Source: Squalus acanthias
Taxonomy: Eukaryota
Assembly (NCBI GenBank): GCA_030390025.1
Contig: CM059433.1
Span: 15,130,001 to 15,194,000 of the forward strand
Direction: 5' to 3'
DNA: 64,000 bases
Shown here: in pieces, positions 1 through 12,399 of the stretch
Layout: every line of letters begins with the position of its first letter
How positions within the stretch are numbered: the first letter of the stretch is position 1
The notes under the pieces: model-generated
What the model was told of the DNA's origin: nothing
Databases searched by the model: none
The model's input: only the letters and a program-made list of their open reading frames with translations
Program-made: the position numbers and the translations under genes

Positions 1-667
1 GTGGCGCCCCTTGCCTTTCCGCCTGCCGCTAGCAACGACAGGTGAAGGGGAATGTTTTGCAGTCGGGAAGGGACTGGGGGAGCGCTATTTAAAGGTGAAC
101 GCGTCCTGCCTTTTTTTGTTGGCGATATTTTTGCACCACGCATTCTGAGAGAGAGAGAGAGAGTTCTGGAGAGATTCAACGCTGTGTGAAGAAGTTTTGG
201 GTACTGAGCAGCAATTTGCAGGTTCATTTAGATTTGACCTTCCTTGCATCGATTTAGAAGAGACTATGGGGGCTGCACTCTGAGCTCTTCCCCATGGCTT
301 CTCCATTGTTCTTTCTAGCAGATTTGATGTACAGGTCTCTCCAGGCTGAGATTCAAGGCTGCAATGAGCAGGGTGTGGCTGGAGAGCAAGATCGACCCTC
401 CCCTTTAAGAACTGGCCGGCACCAGTGTGTCTGTGTTCCATTGCTGACTGACATCACATGAGCTTCGCCAGCGCTCTGAAGTAGCGCCTCGTTCCTTGGC
501 GTTAGGGCCTTAAGAGAGATGTGTAGCGCCTGATTTAGTGATCCAATCACCTCCAGGGGCGATAGAAGCCAAGTTTACAGTCGGAGGCGATAATTAGCGC
601 CAGGCACTAAACTTTGCTCCCGGCCGATAATTGCGCCCCAAACGGGGCGAAACCGAATTTCTCCTCC
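1..667 (-). mobile_element. Non-autonomous Harbinger-type element (MITE-like), truncated by the window edge
   Basis: It is the reverse complement of the element at 4984-5746: the end gcgccccaaacggggcgaaaccgaatttctcc matches ggggaacaattgggtttcgcccattttggggcgc, and the internal relic ORFs share TGAxQFLKGR. Confidence 0.65.
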
Positions 668-669
668 CG

Positions 670-1390
670 GGACTTTTCTCTCTTTGAAAGAGAAGACTGG
701 GAGGTGATATGATAGAAGTGTTTAAAATTATGAAAGGTTTACACAAATTAGATCCAAGTAATCTTTTCTGCTGTGTCCAGAATTTAAGCACAAGACACCT
801 TCCCGATCTCCCCCGGCCTTTCCCATCTCCCCCCGGCCTTTCCCATCTCCCCCCGGCCTTTCCCATCTCCCCCCGGCCTTTCCCATCTCCCCCCGGCCTT
901 TCCCATCTCCCCCCGGCCTTTCCCATCACCCCCCGGCCTTTCCAATCTTCCCCCCGGCCTTTCCCATCACCCCCCGGCCTTTCCCATCTCCCCCCGGCCT
1001 TTCCCATCTCCCCCCGACCTTCCCGATCTCCCCCGGCCTTTCCGATCTCCCCCCGACCTTTCCAATCTCCCCTCGGCCTTTCCGATCTCCCCCCGACCTT
1101 TCCAATCTCATCCTGGCCTTCCTGATCTCCCCCCGGCCTTTCTGATCTCCACCACCGCCACCCACCTCCCGCACCCCGCCAACCCCCCGTCCCGAACATA
1201 AGCACAAGGCATCATATTTACAAATTAAAGTCAACAACAGAAAGTAGGAAAGGCAGGAGGAACTTCTTTACCAAAAGGGTGGTAAGTATGTGGAACAGAT
1301 TACCGACACAGGTGGTTCAAAAAGAAGCCTTTCAGGAAGACATTAGACAGATACTTGTCAATAAATGGGATTCAGGGTTATTAGACATAC
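670..1390 (+). mobile_element. Old CR1 LINE 3' fragment interrupted by a minisatellite
   Basis: RRLGGDMIEVFKIMKG lies before the repeat, and ...RRNFFTKRVVSMWNRLP follows it; these are typical CR1 ORF2 C-terminal motifs. Confidence 0.75.
795..1198. repeat. C-rich 20-bp minisatellite (TCCCATCTCCCCCCGGCCTT)n
   Basis: Tandem 20-nt units are directly visible and degenerate toward the 3' end; the block is flanked by the direct repeat TAAGCACAAG. Confidence 0.95.
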
Positions 1391-2311
1391 TGCGAGTTTA
1401 CTGTGGATAAGTGGTCCAGATGTATCGAAGGTGTTAACCTGTTATTATGGAATAATTACTATTATCTTTCTCTCTTACCATTAGAAATGAGTGGCTGGGG
1501 AAATAAAGCTCAGTACAGGTGTATGAGCATGTGCCCAGAGCTCAGCTGTTGTTGCACCATGTTGCTGTTCAGGCTACAGGATGGACATCTGTGGACAGTT
1601 GGCAGATACTGGACTCAGATCAGTAAGTGGAGTATAATTGCACCCGAGGTAGCACAGACCACATTGGATGGCACAGTTATATCTTAGCCCTATTCCAGTA
1701 CCTACGTAATGCGCCACTATTGATTGATCTCCACCTCCTGCAGCTTTCATCCTTTAAGAAAATCTCAGCAATGCCAGATCATGTAAAATCCATCTCCAGC
1801 AGAAAGGGAAATGAAATCCCCTCTGCCTCGGCTAACTCCTCCACTGCTTTCATTATTACACACGCTTGGGCTCCGAGCCGGAACATAGATGTCTATCGCC
1901 TGAATTTCGAAACAAGTAAAAGCCAGAAATATTATTTGGAATCCACTCACACCATCCTGATGATTAATGTTCATTCTGCAATAAAGCTCTGTATTAGTAG
2001 AGGAAGACAGAGAGGTCAATTGGCACTAAGTTGATTAAAATAAAAGAATGCTATTGTGCAGCATTGCCTGGAGGTAGTGATGGTGAATGGTATCACTGTA
2101 ACCTAACTGAAGGCTTCTCTTGCTGCCTCTCTTGAATCTTCTTCTGTTGTCTCTCGTTAAACTATCGTTGCTGTTTCTCATTTTACCTTTTCTGGATCAG
2201 ACTGATTCTGACTCATAAGAAAGCCACTGGTCAGCATTTAACAAGGCCACTATCTGTCATCTCATCTGTTACTTCCACATTAACATTTTTCAATCGCCTA
2301 CACACGCATGG

Positions 2312-4770
2312 AATCATAGACTCATAGAAGTTTACGGCACAGAAGGAGGCCATTTGGCCCATTGTGTCCACGCCGGTCAAAAAAAGAGCTCTCTAGCCTA
2401 ATCCCACTTTCCAGCACTTGGTCTGCAGCCTTGTAGGTTAGGGCACTTCAAGTGCATTACCAAGTACTTTTTAAATGCGATGAGGGTTTCTGCCTCTACC
2501 ACCCTTTCAGGCAGTAAGTTCCAGACCCCCACCACCCTCTGGGTGAAAAATAAATCCTCAACTCCCCTCTAATCCTTCTGTCAATTACTTTAAATCTACG
2601 CCCCCTGGTTATTGACCGCACTGCTAAGGCAAATAGGTCCTTACTATCTATTCTATCTAGGCCCCTCATAATTTTATACACCTCAATTAAATCTCCCCTC
2701 AACCTCCTCTGTTCCAAAGAAAACAACCCAGCCTATCCAATCTTTCCTCATAGCTAAAATTCTCTAGTCCAGGCAACATCCTCGTAAATTTCTTCTGTAC
2801 CCTCTGTAGTGCAATCACATCCTTCCTGTAATATGGTGACCAGAACTGTATGCAGTATTCGAGCTGTGGCCTAACTAGTGTTTTATACAGTTGTAGCATA
2901 ACCTCTCTGCTCCTATATTCTATGCCTCGGCTAATAAAGGAAAGATGACTTGGACGAAGGGACCGAGTGTACTGTTGCCAAATTTGCTGACGATACAAAG
3001 ATAGGTGGGAAAGCAAGTTGTGAGGAGTACACAAAGAGTCTGCAAAGGGATATAGATAGGTTAAGAGGGTGGGCAAAAATTTGGCAGATGGAGTATAATG
3101 TGGGAAAATGTGAGGTTATCCACTTTGGTAGGATGAATAAAAAAGCAAATTTTTATTTAAATGGAGAAAGACTACAGAATGCTGCGGTACAGAGGGATCT
3201 GGGTGTCCTCGTACATGAAACACAAAAAGTTAGCATGCAGGTACAGCAAGTAATTAGGAAGGCAAATGGAATATTGGGCTTTATTGCAAAGGGGATGGAG
3301 TATAAAAGTAGGGAAGTCTTGCTACAACTGTACAGGGCGTTGGTGAGACCACACCTGGAGTACTGCATACAGTTTTGGTCTCCTTATTTAAGGAAGGATA
3401 TACTTGCATTGGAAGCAGTTCAGAGAAGGTTCACTAGGCTGCTTCCTGGTATGAAGGGGTTGTCTTATGAAGAAAGGATGAGCAGGTTGGGCCTATACTC
3501 ATTGGAGTTTAGAAGAATGAGAGGTGATCTTATTGAAACATATAAGATTCTGAGGGGGCTTGACAGGGTAGATGCAGGGAGGATGTTTCCCCCCGTCGGG
3601 GAATCTAGAACGAGGGGGCATAGTTTCAGAATAAGGGGTCGCCCTTTTAAAACAGAGATGAGGAGGAATTTCTTCTCTCAGAGGGTCGTGAATCTTTGGA
3701 ATTCCCTACCCCAGAGAGCTGTGGAGGCTGAGTCATTGAATATATTCAAGACGGAGATAGACAGATTTTTAAAAAACAGGGGAAATCAAGGGTTATGGGG
3801 AGCGGGCAGGAAAGTGGAGTTGAGGCCAAGATCAGATCAACCATGATCTTATTGAATGGCGGAGCAGGCTTGAGGGGCCGAATGGCCTACTCCTGCTCCT
3901 ATTTCTTATGTTCATATATTCTTATGTATCCCATATGCCTTCTTAACCACCTTATCTACCTGTCCTGCTACCTTCCAAGATCTGCGGACATGCACTCCAA
4001 GGTCCCTCTGTTCCTCTATGCTTCTCAGTATCCTACCACTTATTGTGTATTCCCTTGCCTTGTTAGCCCTCCCCAATTGCATTACCTCACACTTCTCTGG
4101 ATTGAATTCCATTTGCCACTTTTCTGCCCACCTGACCAGTCCATTGATATCTTTCTGCAGTCTACAGCTTTCTTCCTCATTATCAGCCACACGGCCAATT
4201 CTTGTATCATCTGCAAACTTCTTAATCATGCCCCCTACATCGAAGTCTAAATCATTGATGTATACCACAAAAAGCAAGGGACCTAGTACTGAGTCCTGCG
4301 GAACCCCACTGGAAACAACCTTCCATTCACAAAAACACCTGTCGACCATTACCCTTTGCTTCCTGCCACTGAGCCAATTTTGGATCCAACTTGCCACTTT
4401 CCCTTGGATCCATGGACTTTTAATTTTCTGACCAGTCTGTCACGTGGGACCTTGTCAAAAGCCTTGCTAAAATCCATGTAGACTACATCAAACACACTAC
4501 CCTCATCAACCCTCCTTGTTACCTCCTCAAAAAATTCAATCAAGTTAGTCAGGCATGACCTTCCCTTAACAAATCCATGCTGACTGTCCTTGATTAATCC
4601 GTGCCTTTCTAAATAGCAATTAATAGTATCCCTCAGAATTTTTTCCAATAATTTGCCCACCACCGAGGTTGGGCTGACTGGCCTGTAATTACTCGGTCCA
4701 TCCCTTTCTCACTTTTTAAGCAATGGTACAATGCTAGCAGTCCTCCAATCTCCCAGCACCATGCCTGTAG
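2312..4770 (-). mobile_element. CR1 LINE, 5'-truncated, split by a second CR1
   Basis: Minus-strand ORF fragments read SQHGFVKGRSCLTNLIEFFE, SGVPQDSVLGPLLF, FADDT and RPQLEYCIQFWSP. The two halves rejoin as ...aaaggaaag|tatcccatatgcc across the insertion. Confidence 0.9.
2945..3926 (+). mobile_element. CR1 LINE 3' fragment with an intact 298-aa RT C-terminal ORF
   Basis: ORF 2950-3846 has KFADDTK, RPHLEYCIQFWSP and RTRGHS...RRNFFSQRVVNLWNSLP, followed by the 3' UTR and a (TTCTTATG)-type tail. Confidence 0.95.
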
Positions 4771-4983
4771 ACATCTCTCTCCACAACCAAATGAAACAAA
4801 TCTGAAATCCTTCTGATGTGAATCATGATCATAAACAATCTATAATTTGATTCTTGAGGTAAACAATTTTGTTGAAGAATAAATACTTCAGCAAGATACC
4901 TATGGCATTCTATTAGAGTTGTGATGGTCAACTGATATAAATTGTAATTTTATTTTAGTATTTAAAAAAAAATAAGACAATAT

Positions 4984-5746
4984 GGGGGAACAATTGGGTT
5001 TCGCCCATTTTGGGGCGCTAATATCGGCCGGGCGCAAAGTTTAGTGCCCGGCGCTAATTATCGCCTCCAACTGCAAAATTCGCCTCTATCGCCCCTGGAG
5101 GTGATTTGAGCGCTAAATCAGGCGCTACACACCTCTCTTAAGGTGCAAACGTCAGGGAGCGAGGCGCTATCGAAGCTCAGGTGATGCCAATTACCATGGA
5201 AGCCAGACAGACTGGCGCCATCCAGTTCTTAAAGGGGAGGGGGCATCTTGCTGGCCAGCCACTCCCTGCTCATTGCAGGCTTGAATCTCAGCCTGGAGAC
5301 CTCAAAAGCAATTGTGTTGGAAGCACTAATGGATGGGCCCAGGGAAAGAGCTCGGCGCTTAGGAACCTCAAAAGTGGTGCTGAGGGCCAAAACTCCTTAG
5401 GACAGCGTTAAAACCAAAAATTTTGCTGACAAGAAAAGGCAGGAAGCGCCCGCCTTTAAATCGCACTCCCCCAGCCCCTTCCCGACTTGAAAACGTTCCC
5501 CTCTACCTGTCATTCCTAGCGGCAGGCACTAAGGCAGGGAGCGCGACTCAATATCCGGTCTGGGGTGCTACCGGGGCGTTGCACGCTTGACTGACGTCAT
5601 GATCTGCTGGAGCAGGAGATCATGGCGGTAGTGTTTAGCGCTGCCGCAAAACGACAGGTCAATTTTGCGAGCGGCGCTAAAATCGCCACGCTCGGGCTAA
5701 GTTCCTAGCGCCCCCCGGAGGCGCTAACCAAGCGAATTTTTCCCCC
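4984..5746 (+). mobile_element. Non-autonomous Harbinger-type element (MITE-like)
   Basis: Short terminal inverted repeats gggggaacaatt ... aatttttccccc; GC-rich body with repeated (ta)gcgcc/ggcgcta motifs; related copies at 1-667 and 33569-34341. Confidence 0.7.
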
Positions 5747-6311
5747 TCTATATTTATTTAATCTTGTTCACTAGCCTGGGAACCAAAGAGTTGAAATTTT
5801 GGCCGTTCATTATTAAGCCTAGATTTGAACCCAGGCCAGACTGGTTGGATCAAACTCTTGTTACTCTGGTAATTATAATCATCCAAAGTCACTTCCGATG
5901 TAAAAATCCATTTGGGTAAAATCAACTAAATTTTTATTGGGCTTAGTGCATCAAACTGCCATAAATTGTCAATATCACTTCCACGTTTAGTTATAAGGGT
6001 AACCGAGGCTAGAAGTGAAGGCACTTGGGAGGTTTTCTGAGTTGGACATCAAGCACACTGTAGAAGGAGTGTAGGGAAGTTTACTGCACATCTGGTTGTA
6101 TTATATGGGACCTGGAAATGCATGATGCTAACAAGAGGTTTGCAAGAAAATGATGCATTCCCCAGAATTGACATCTTTTATATTGAGGAAAATAAAAAAA
6201 TCACCAAACTATAATGAGAATAAGGCCTGAATTCTCCTCTTCCTGCCCTGGGAGGGTTCAGGTGGGACTTCTACCCTTTGCTCAGACCATGCCATGATGC
6301 CAACCCATCAG

Positions 6312-6725
6312 AAAGAATGACTTGCTTTTATATAGCACCTTTCATGATGTCAGGATGCCACAAGGCGCTTTACAGTGTAGTCACTGTTGTGATGTAGGCA
6401 ACACGGCAGCCAATTTGCACCCAGCAAGGTCCTACAAACAGCAATGTGTAATGATCAGATAATCTACTTTGGTGGTGTTGGTTGAGGGATTAATATTGGC
6501 CAGGACACCAGGGAGAGCTAGTGCCATGGGATCTTTTACATCCACCTGAGAGAACAGATGGCACTTTGGTTTAACGTCTCATCCGAAAGATGGCACTCTG
6601 GCAGTGCGGCACACCCTTAATACTGCATGGAGTTTCAGCCTAGATTTTGTGCTCAATTCTCTGGAGTGGGACTTGAACCCACAACCTTCTGGCTTAGAGG
6701 CGAGTGTGCTACCAACTGAGCCATA
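6312..6725 (-). mobile_element. tRNA-derived SINE with Deu-like core and L2-type tail
   Basis: The minus strand has a head with A box (ggctcagttgg) and B box (ggttcaagtccc), the core caaattggctgccgtgttgcctacatcacaacagtgactacac and the tail gaaaggtgctatataaaaagcaag. A second copy lies at 27205-27610. Confidence 0.75.
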
Positions 6726-7544
6726 GTGGTGCTGGGGTCATTATTTATGCAGGATGGACTCTCAGTGGGTATCTTACCAGTAACTGGGAGCCCAGTACAA
6801 GGGTAGAAAATTCAGAAAAGGCAAGGACTAGTTAAAGGGGCAGAAAAGCCCCAAAGATCAGCATTGACTTTTTTACTGAAGGACTGGGCCAAGACTGAGA
6901 CCTTCAACAGGTGAAAAATTGGGGTCAAATGGAGGGAGAGGAGGCCACTACTAGGCTAATTGTAGTTCTCTAATCCTGCTCCTATTACTTCTTCTCTACT
7001 ATCCAAAGAAGTGTTACCCTAAGGGCTGGGCCTGTTCCCAATCTTAGAGCAAGCTGTGCTGTTCAAAATGATTCATCAATTTAATGGACAGTTTAGTGGG
7101 GTGAGCCCATTAAAAATCGAAGTGACCTTGCCAAAACTCATTTTGCGGCGAGAATCACTGGACGAGTCGGAAGATTTTAATCTCAATGGTATAGTCTGGA
7201 TTTGAACACAGACCCCAAACGAAAGCATGCTGCTTTAAGGCCTGTGTCACTGAGTTCCCAAACTTATACTTATGAAAGAAATCGAAGTTAACTTCTATTC
7301 AACAGATACAAACACAGAAAGACAATTCCTATTACTAAAAAGCTATTGAGCTGCATCTACAATGTATCATGAATGGCCTTGCTTCAGAGACTAGTCATCA
7401 TGCGAAGGAGGAGGATATGTGAACATTTCAGATGAGGCCATCATAAGAGTTCTAACGAAAAATCTGACAAGAAGCTTTAAAGAATCAATTGGCATTGTAC
7501 CACAACAATGTACATTTATATAAGTATCTTTGTTGTAGTAGATA

Positions 7545-7860
7545 TTCCAAGGTCCCAAGGAGAGAGAGAAAAGCCCACCAAGCAGCAGTGAGAGAAAGAT
7601 CTGGGAAATAACAAAGATGTAATTGATGGAGTTGGTTTTAAGGAGGCTTTTGAAGGTTGAGAGAGATTAGCAAGCTGGGAGGGGTTAGGGTAGAAGCTCC
7701 AAAGTGTAGGACCGAGACAAGTGAAGGCTCTGCCACCAATGGTGCATCGGAGGGAGGAGTGATCCACACGAGGCCAGAGTTTGAAGAACAAAGGGCATAC
7801 ACTGGCACATAGAGCACCAGGACGCTGTAGGGTTATGCTGGGGTAAAACTATGGAGGAAT
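7545..7860 (-). mobile_element. Old L2 LINE 3' fragment
   Basis: TIGGRAFTCLGPTLW, an L2 ORF2 C-terminal motif. Confidence 0.7.
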
Positions 7861-8369
7861 TTGTAAAAAAGAAAGACATGTTGGGGGCTAAATTAGGCTT
7901 TGTGGGCCTCCTAAAGGTTGAAAATGGCTTCCGCGATGGGCGCACACACTTCCGACGGGAAGTGCGCCGGATGCCATATTTGGAAAGGGGTTAGCGCACA
8001 TACCAAACCACTGCCGGCACCATGCAGAGCAGGCAGGTCATGATGTTCATCAGTGTGCAACGCTGATTGGTCGCCAGTGCTGCTATTTTTGACCTTGATG
8101 GTCCAGCCTACACCCTCTCTTAACCTCGTACAGCTGAACACGACGTTAAATGGCATGAAGGACCCCCCACCAGCACTATTTAAAGGGATTATCAACTAGT
8201 TACAGGTTGGTTGCTGGATTATTTCTTCTGGCTGTTGCTGCAATTCTATGCGTTTTGGGTGCTTTTCCATAGTTGTCTACTACCAATAGTCTACAGGGAA
8301 TGGTCTGGCTGGTGCTGAAGTACATTTTTGGTGACTTAAAGGCTTTTGCTGAAAACAGTTACTTCAAGA

Positions 8370-11300
8370 TATGGGTGGATTAGTAGGCCACCTCTTGGAA
8401 ACAAGCATGACTGGGAGAATGAGCAGAGGCCATGCAGAGCAGGACAAGCTGCTAGAGGAGGGAGGAGGAGGAGGAGGGCAGAAGCGCTCTCAGCAGGAGG
8501 CCATATTCGCCGAGTTTGTATAGGGAGCAATTCTCAGACCTAAACTTCAGCGATGACCAATGCTTGAGATGTCTTCGCTTCACTAAAGAGGTCGTCACTG
8601 AAATCTGCCACCTGCTGCAGACTCAACTACAACCTCAGAGCAGGTCAAGGACCACATTGCCTGTGGCTGTGAAGGTAACCATTGCTCTGAGATTTTATGC
8701 GTTTTTTTTTATTAGTTCATGGGATGTGGGCGTTGCTGGCAAGGCCAGCATTTATTGCCCATCCCTTATTGCCATTGAGAAGGGGTTGGTGAGTCGCCTT
8801 CTTGAACCGCTGCAGTCCGTGTGGGGAAGGTACTCCCACAGTGCTGTTAGGTAGGGAGTTCCAGGATTTTGACCCAGCGACGATGAAGGATCAGCGATAT
8901 ACTTCTAAGTCCGGATGGTGTGTGACTTGGAGGGGAACTTGGAGGTGGTGGTGTTCCCATGCGTCTGCTGCCCTTGTCCTTCTAGGTGGAAGAGATCGAG
9001 GGTTTGGGAGGTGCTGCCGAAGAAGCCTTGGCGAGTTGCTGCAGTGCATCTTGTAGATGGTACACACTGCAGCCACAGTACGCCGGTGGTGGAGGGAGTG
9101 AATGTTTAAGGTGGTGGATGGGGTGCCAATCAAGCGGGCTGCTTTTTCATGGATGGTGTCGAGCTTCTTGAGTGTTGTTGCAGCTGCACTTATACAGGCA
9201 AGTGGAGAGTATTCCAAGACAGTCCTTACTTGTGCCTTGTAGATGGTGGATGGGCTTTGGGGAGTCAGGAGGTGAGACATTCGCCGCAGAATACCTAGTC
9301 TCTGACCTGCTCTTGTTGCCACTGTATTTATGTGGCTGGTCCAGTTGTGTTTCTGGTCAATGGTGACCCCCAGGATATTGATGGTGGGGTGTTCAGCGAT
9401 GGTAATGCCATTGAATGTCAAGGGGAGGTGGTTAGACTCTCGCTTGTTGGAGATAGTCATTGCCTGGCTGTGATGATTGACCTTCAACCACCTCAATCAT
9501 GTTCCATTGTGCTAGGTATGATTCCAGCCAGTGGAGCGTTCTCCCCCCGATTCCCATTGACTTCAGTTTTACTCGGGCTCCTTGATGCCACACTCGGTCA
9601 AATGCTGCCTTGATGTCAAGGGCAGTCACTCTCACCTCACCTCTGGAATTCAGCTCCTTTGTCCATGTTTGGACCAAGGCTGTAATGAGGTCAGAAGCCG
9701 AGTGGGCTTGGCGGAACATAAACTGGATATCACTGAGCAAATTTTTGATGAGTAAAAGCCGCTTGATTGTGCTGTCGATGACACCTTCCATCAGTTTGCT
9801 GATGATTGAGAGTAGACTGATGGGGCGGTAATTGGCTGGGTTGGATTTGTCCTGCTTTTTGTGGACAGGACATACCTGGGCAGTTTTCCACATTGTCGGA
9901 TAGATGCCGGTGTTGTAGCTGTACTGGAACAGCTTGGCTAGAAGCGCGGCTAGTTCTGGAGCACAAGTCTTCAGCACGATAGCCGGGATGTTGTCGGGGC
10001 CCACAGCCTTCGCTGTATCCAGTGCGCTCAGCCATTTCTTGATATCATGTGGAGTGAATCGAATTGGCTGAAGACTGGCTTCTGTAATGGTGGGGACCTC
10101 AGGAGGAGGCCGATATGGATCATCCACTTGGCACTTCTAGCTGCAAACGCTTCAGCCTTGTCTTTTGCAATCACGTGCTGGGCTCCACCATCATTGAGGA
10201 TGGGGATATTCATGGAGCCTCCTCCTCCCGTTAGTTGTTTAATGGTCCACCACCATTCATGATTGGATGTGGCAGGACTGCGGAGCTTTGATCTGATCCG
10301 TTGATTGTGGGATCGCTTAGCCCTGTCTATAGCATGCTGCTTCCGCTTTTTAGCATGCATGTAGTCCTGTGTTGCAGCTTCCCCAGGTTGGCACCTCATT
10401 TTTAGGTACGCCTGGTGCTGTTCCTGGCATGCTCTTCTACACTCCTTATTGAACCAGGGTTGGTCCCCTGGCTTGGTGGTAATGGTAGAGTGAGGGATCT
10501 GCCGGGCCATGAGGTTACAGATTGTGGTGGAATACATTTCTTCTGCTGCTGATGGCCCACAGCGCCTCATGGATGCCCAGTTTTGAGCTGCTAGATCTGT
10601 TCTGAATCTATCCCATTTAGCATGGTGGTAGTGACACACAACACGATGGAGGGTGTCCTCAGTGTGAAGATGGGACTTCATCTCCACAATGACTGTGCGG
10701 TGGTCACTGCTACCAATACTGTCATGGACAGATGAGGGCGAGGTCAAGTAGGTTTTTCCCTCGTGTTGGTTCTTTCACCACCTGTCGCAAGCCCAGACTG
10801 GCAGTTATGTCCTTCAGGACTCGGCCAGTAGTGGTGCTACCGAGCCACTCTTGGTGATGGACATTGAAGTCCCCCACCCAAAGTGCATTCTGTGCCCTTG
10901 CTACTCTCAGTGCTTCTTCCAAGTGGTGTTCAACATGGAGGAGTACTGATTCATCAGCTGAGGGAGGGCAGTAGGTGGTAATCAGCAGGAGGTTTCCTTG
11001 CCCATACTTTACCTGAAGCCATGAGACTTCATGGGGTCCGGAGTCAATGTTGAGGACTCCCATGACCACTCCTTCCCGACTGCATACCACTGTGCCACCT
11101 CCTCTGGTGGGTCTATCCTGCCGCTGGCACAGGACATACCCAGGGATGGTGATGGAGGATTTTGGGACATTGTCTGAAAGGTATGATTCTGTCAGGCTAT
11201 TGCTTGACTCGTCTGTGGGACAGCTCTCCCAATTTTGGCACAAGTCCCCAGCTGTTGGTGAGGAGGACTTTGCAGGGTTGACTGAGCTGGGTGTGCCGTG

Positions 11301-12210
11301 TCCGTGTCCATAGCCGGTGCCGAGGTCGATGTCGGGTGGTCCATCCAGGTTTTTTCTTATTATGTTTCATAGCACAGTTAATTACAATTGAGTGACTTGC
11401 TAGGCCATTTCAAAGGGCAGATAAGAGTCACCCATATTGCTGTGGATCTGGAATCACATATAGGCCAGATAAGGACAACAGATTTCCTTCCCTAAAGGAC
11501 ATTAGTAAACCAGATCGGTTTTTACAACAATCCTATATTTTCATGGTTACCATTACATGACACTAGCTTTTTTTAAATTCCAGATTTATTTAATTAACTG
11601 AATTTAAATTCCCCAGCTGCCATGGTGGGATTTGAACTCAAGTTTCTGTGAGTCATTAGTCCAGGTCAACTGGATTACTAGCCCAGTGACATTACCACTA
11701 CGCCACTGTTCCCATGCAGTCTACAGCAGTCCTCTGTGCCAGCTGTATTTGAACCACCATGGCAAATCAAAGGCTGGCTAATGGCCGACAAGGGTTCGTG
11801 ACTCCGGTCTGGAACCCACGCACACGTGCACAACACGCATATAATGAGAGCCATGCTGCCACAAGGAACTTTATAGAGCACGCCATCAACATCCTCAAAC
11901 AACGCTTCCGCTGACTGGACCGCTTTGGAGGAGCCCTGCAGTACTCAGCTAAGTGAGTCTCAAGATTTGTGGTACAATGCTGCATGCTGCACAACCTGGC
12001 CATTATGAGGGAACAGCCATTGCCACCACCTATCAGGCGAGAAGCCGAGGAGCAGAAACACAAGGAGGAGAAAGTGGAGGAGGAGGACATGGAGGAGGAG
12101 GAACAGGAGGAACAGGAAGAGGGGAAAGAGGAGCGGAGGCTGCAATGTAGATAGCCCTTTACTGCCCGGGTTCTACGTGAGTAAATAATTCATGAGAAAT
12201 ATCAGTAACC
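8370..12210 (+). pseudogene. Harbinger (HARBI1-like) DDE transposase, split by the LINE at 8702-11713 and internally deleted
   Basis: The N-terminal part reads YREQFSDLNFSDDQCLRCLRFTKEVVTEIC...LPVAVKVTIALRFYA. The C-terminal part reads GWLMADKG, ESHAATRNFIEHAINILKQRFR*LD and CCMLHN, followed by an acidic tail. Confidence 0.85.
8702..11713 (-). mobile_element. CR1-group LINE with a tRNA-derived SINE-like 5' head and ORF2 only (APE endonuclease + RT), frameshifted
   Basis: Endonuclease motifs LTESYL, TTYCPPS, WVGDFNVHH, EPTRGKNLLDL, SSDH; RT motifs NYRPISLLS, ALDIKAAFDRVWH; A-rich 3' end at 8702; A/B-box head at about 11620-11713. Confidence 0.9.
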
Positions 12211-12399
12211 CTAGTTCTCCATTCACCAACAGTCTGACACTCCTTACCTTTCCTCTGTGACTGACCATCAGATTGTCCACTTTCCCACAATGCAAAAATA
12301 AAAGCCAACACAAACTACACATTCCAATCCAAATTTATAAATTAAATCATGACATAATGCATACAAAAATAAACTAAGCACCCTTGTGCTTTCCTTTAG

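Noticed and set aside
594..1237. Gly/Arg- and Pro-rich ORFs of 103-203 aa
   Set aside because: These are translations of the 20-bp minisatellite, which lacks stop codons in several frames.
6660..6725. tRNA genes (also about 11620-11713, 27205-27280, 37879-37955)
   Set aside because: These are A/B-box heads of SINEs or LINEs attached to repeat bodies, and I could not build a full cloverleaf.
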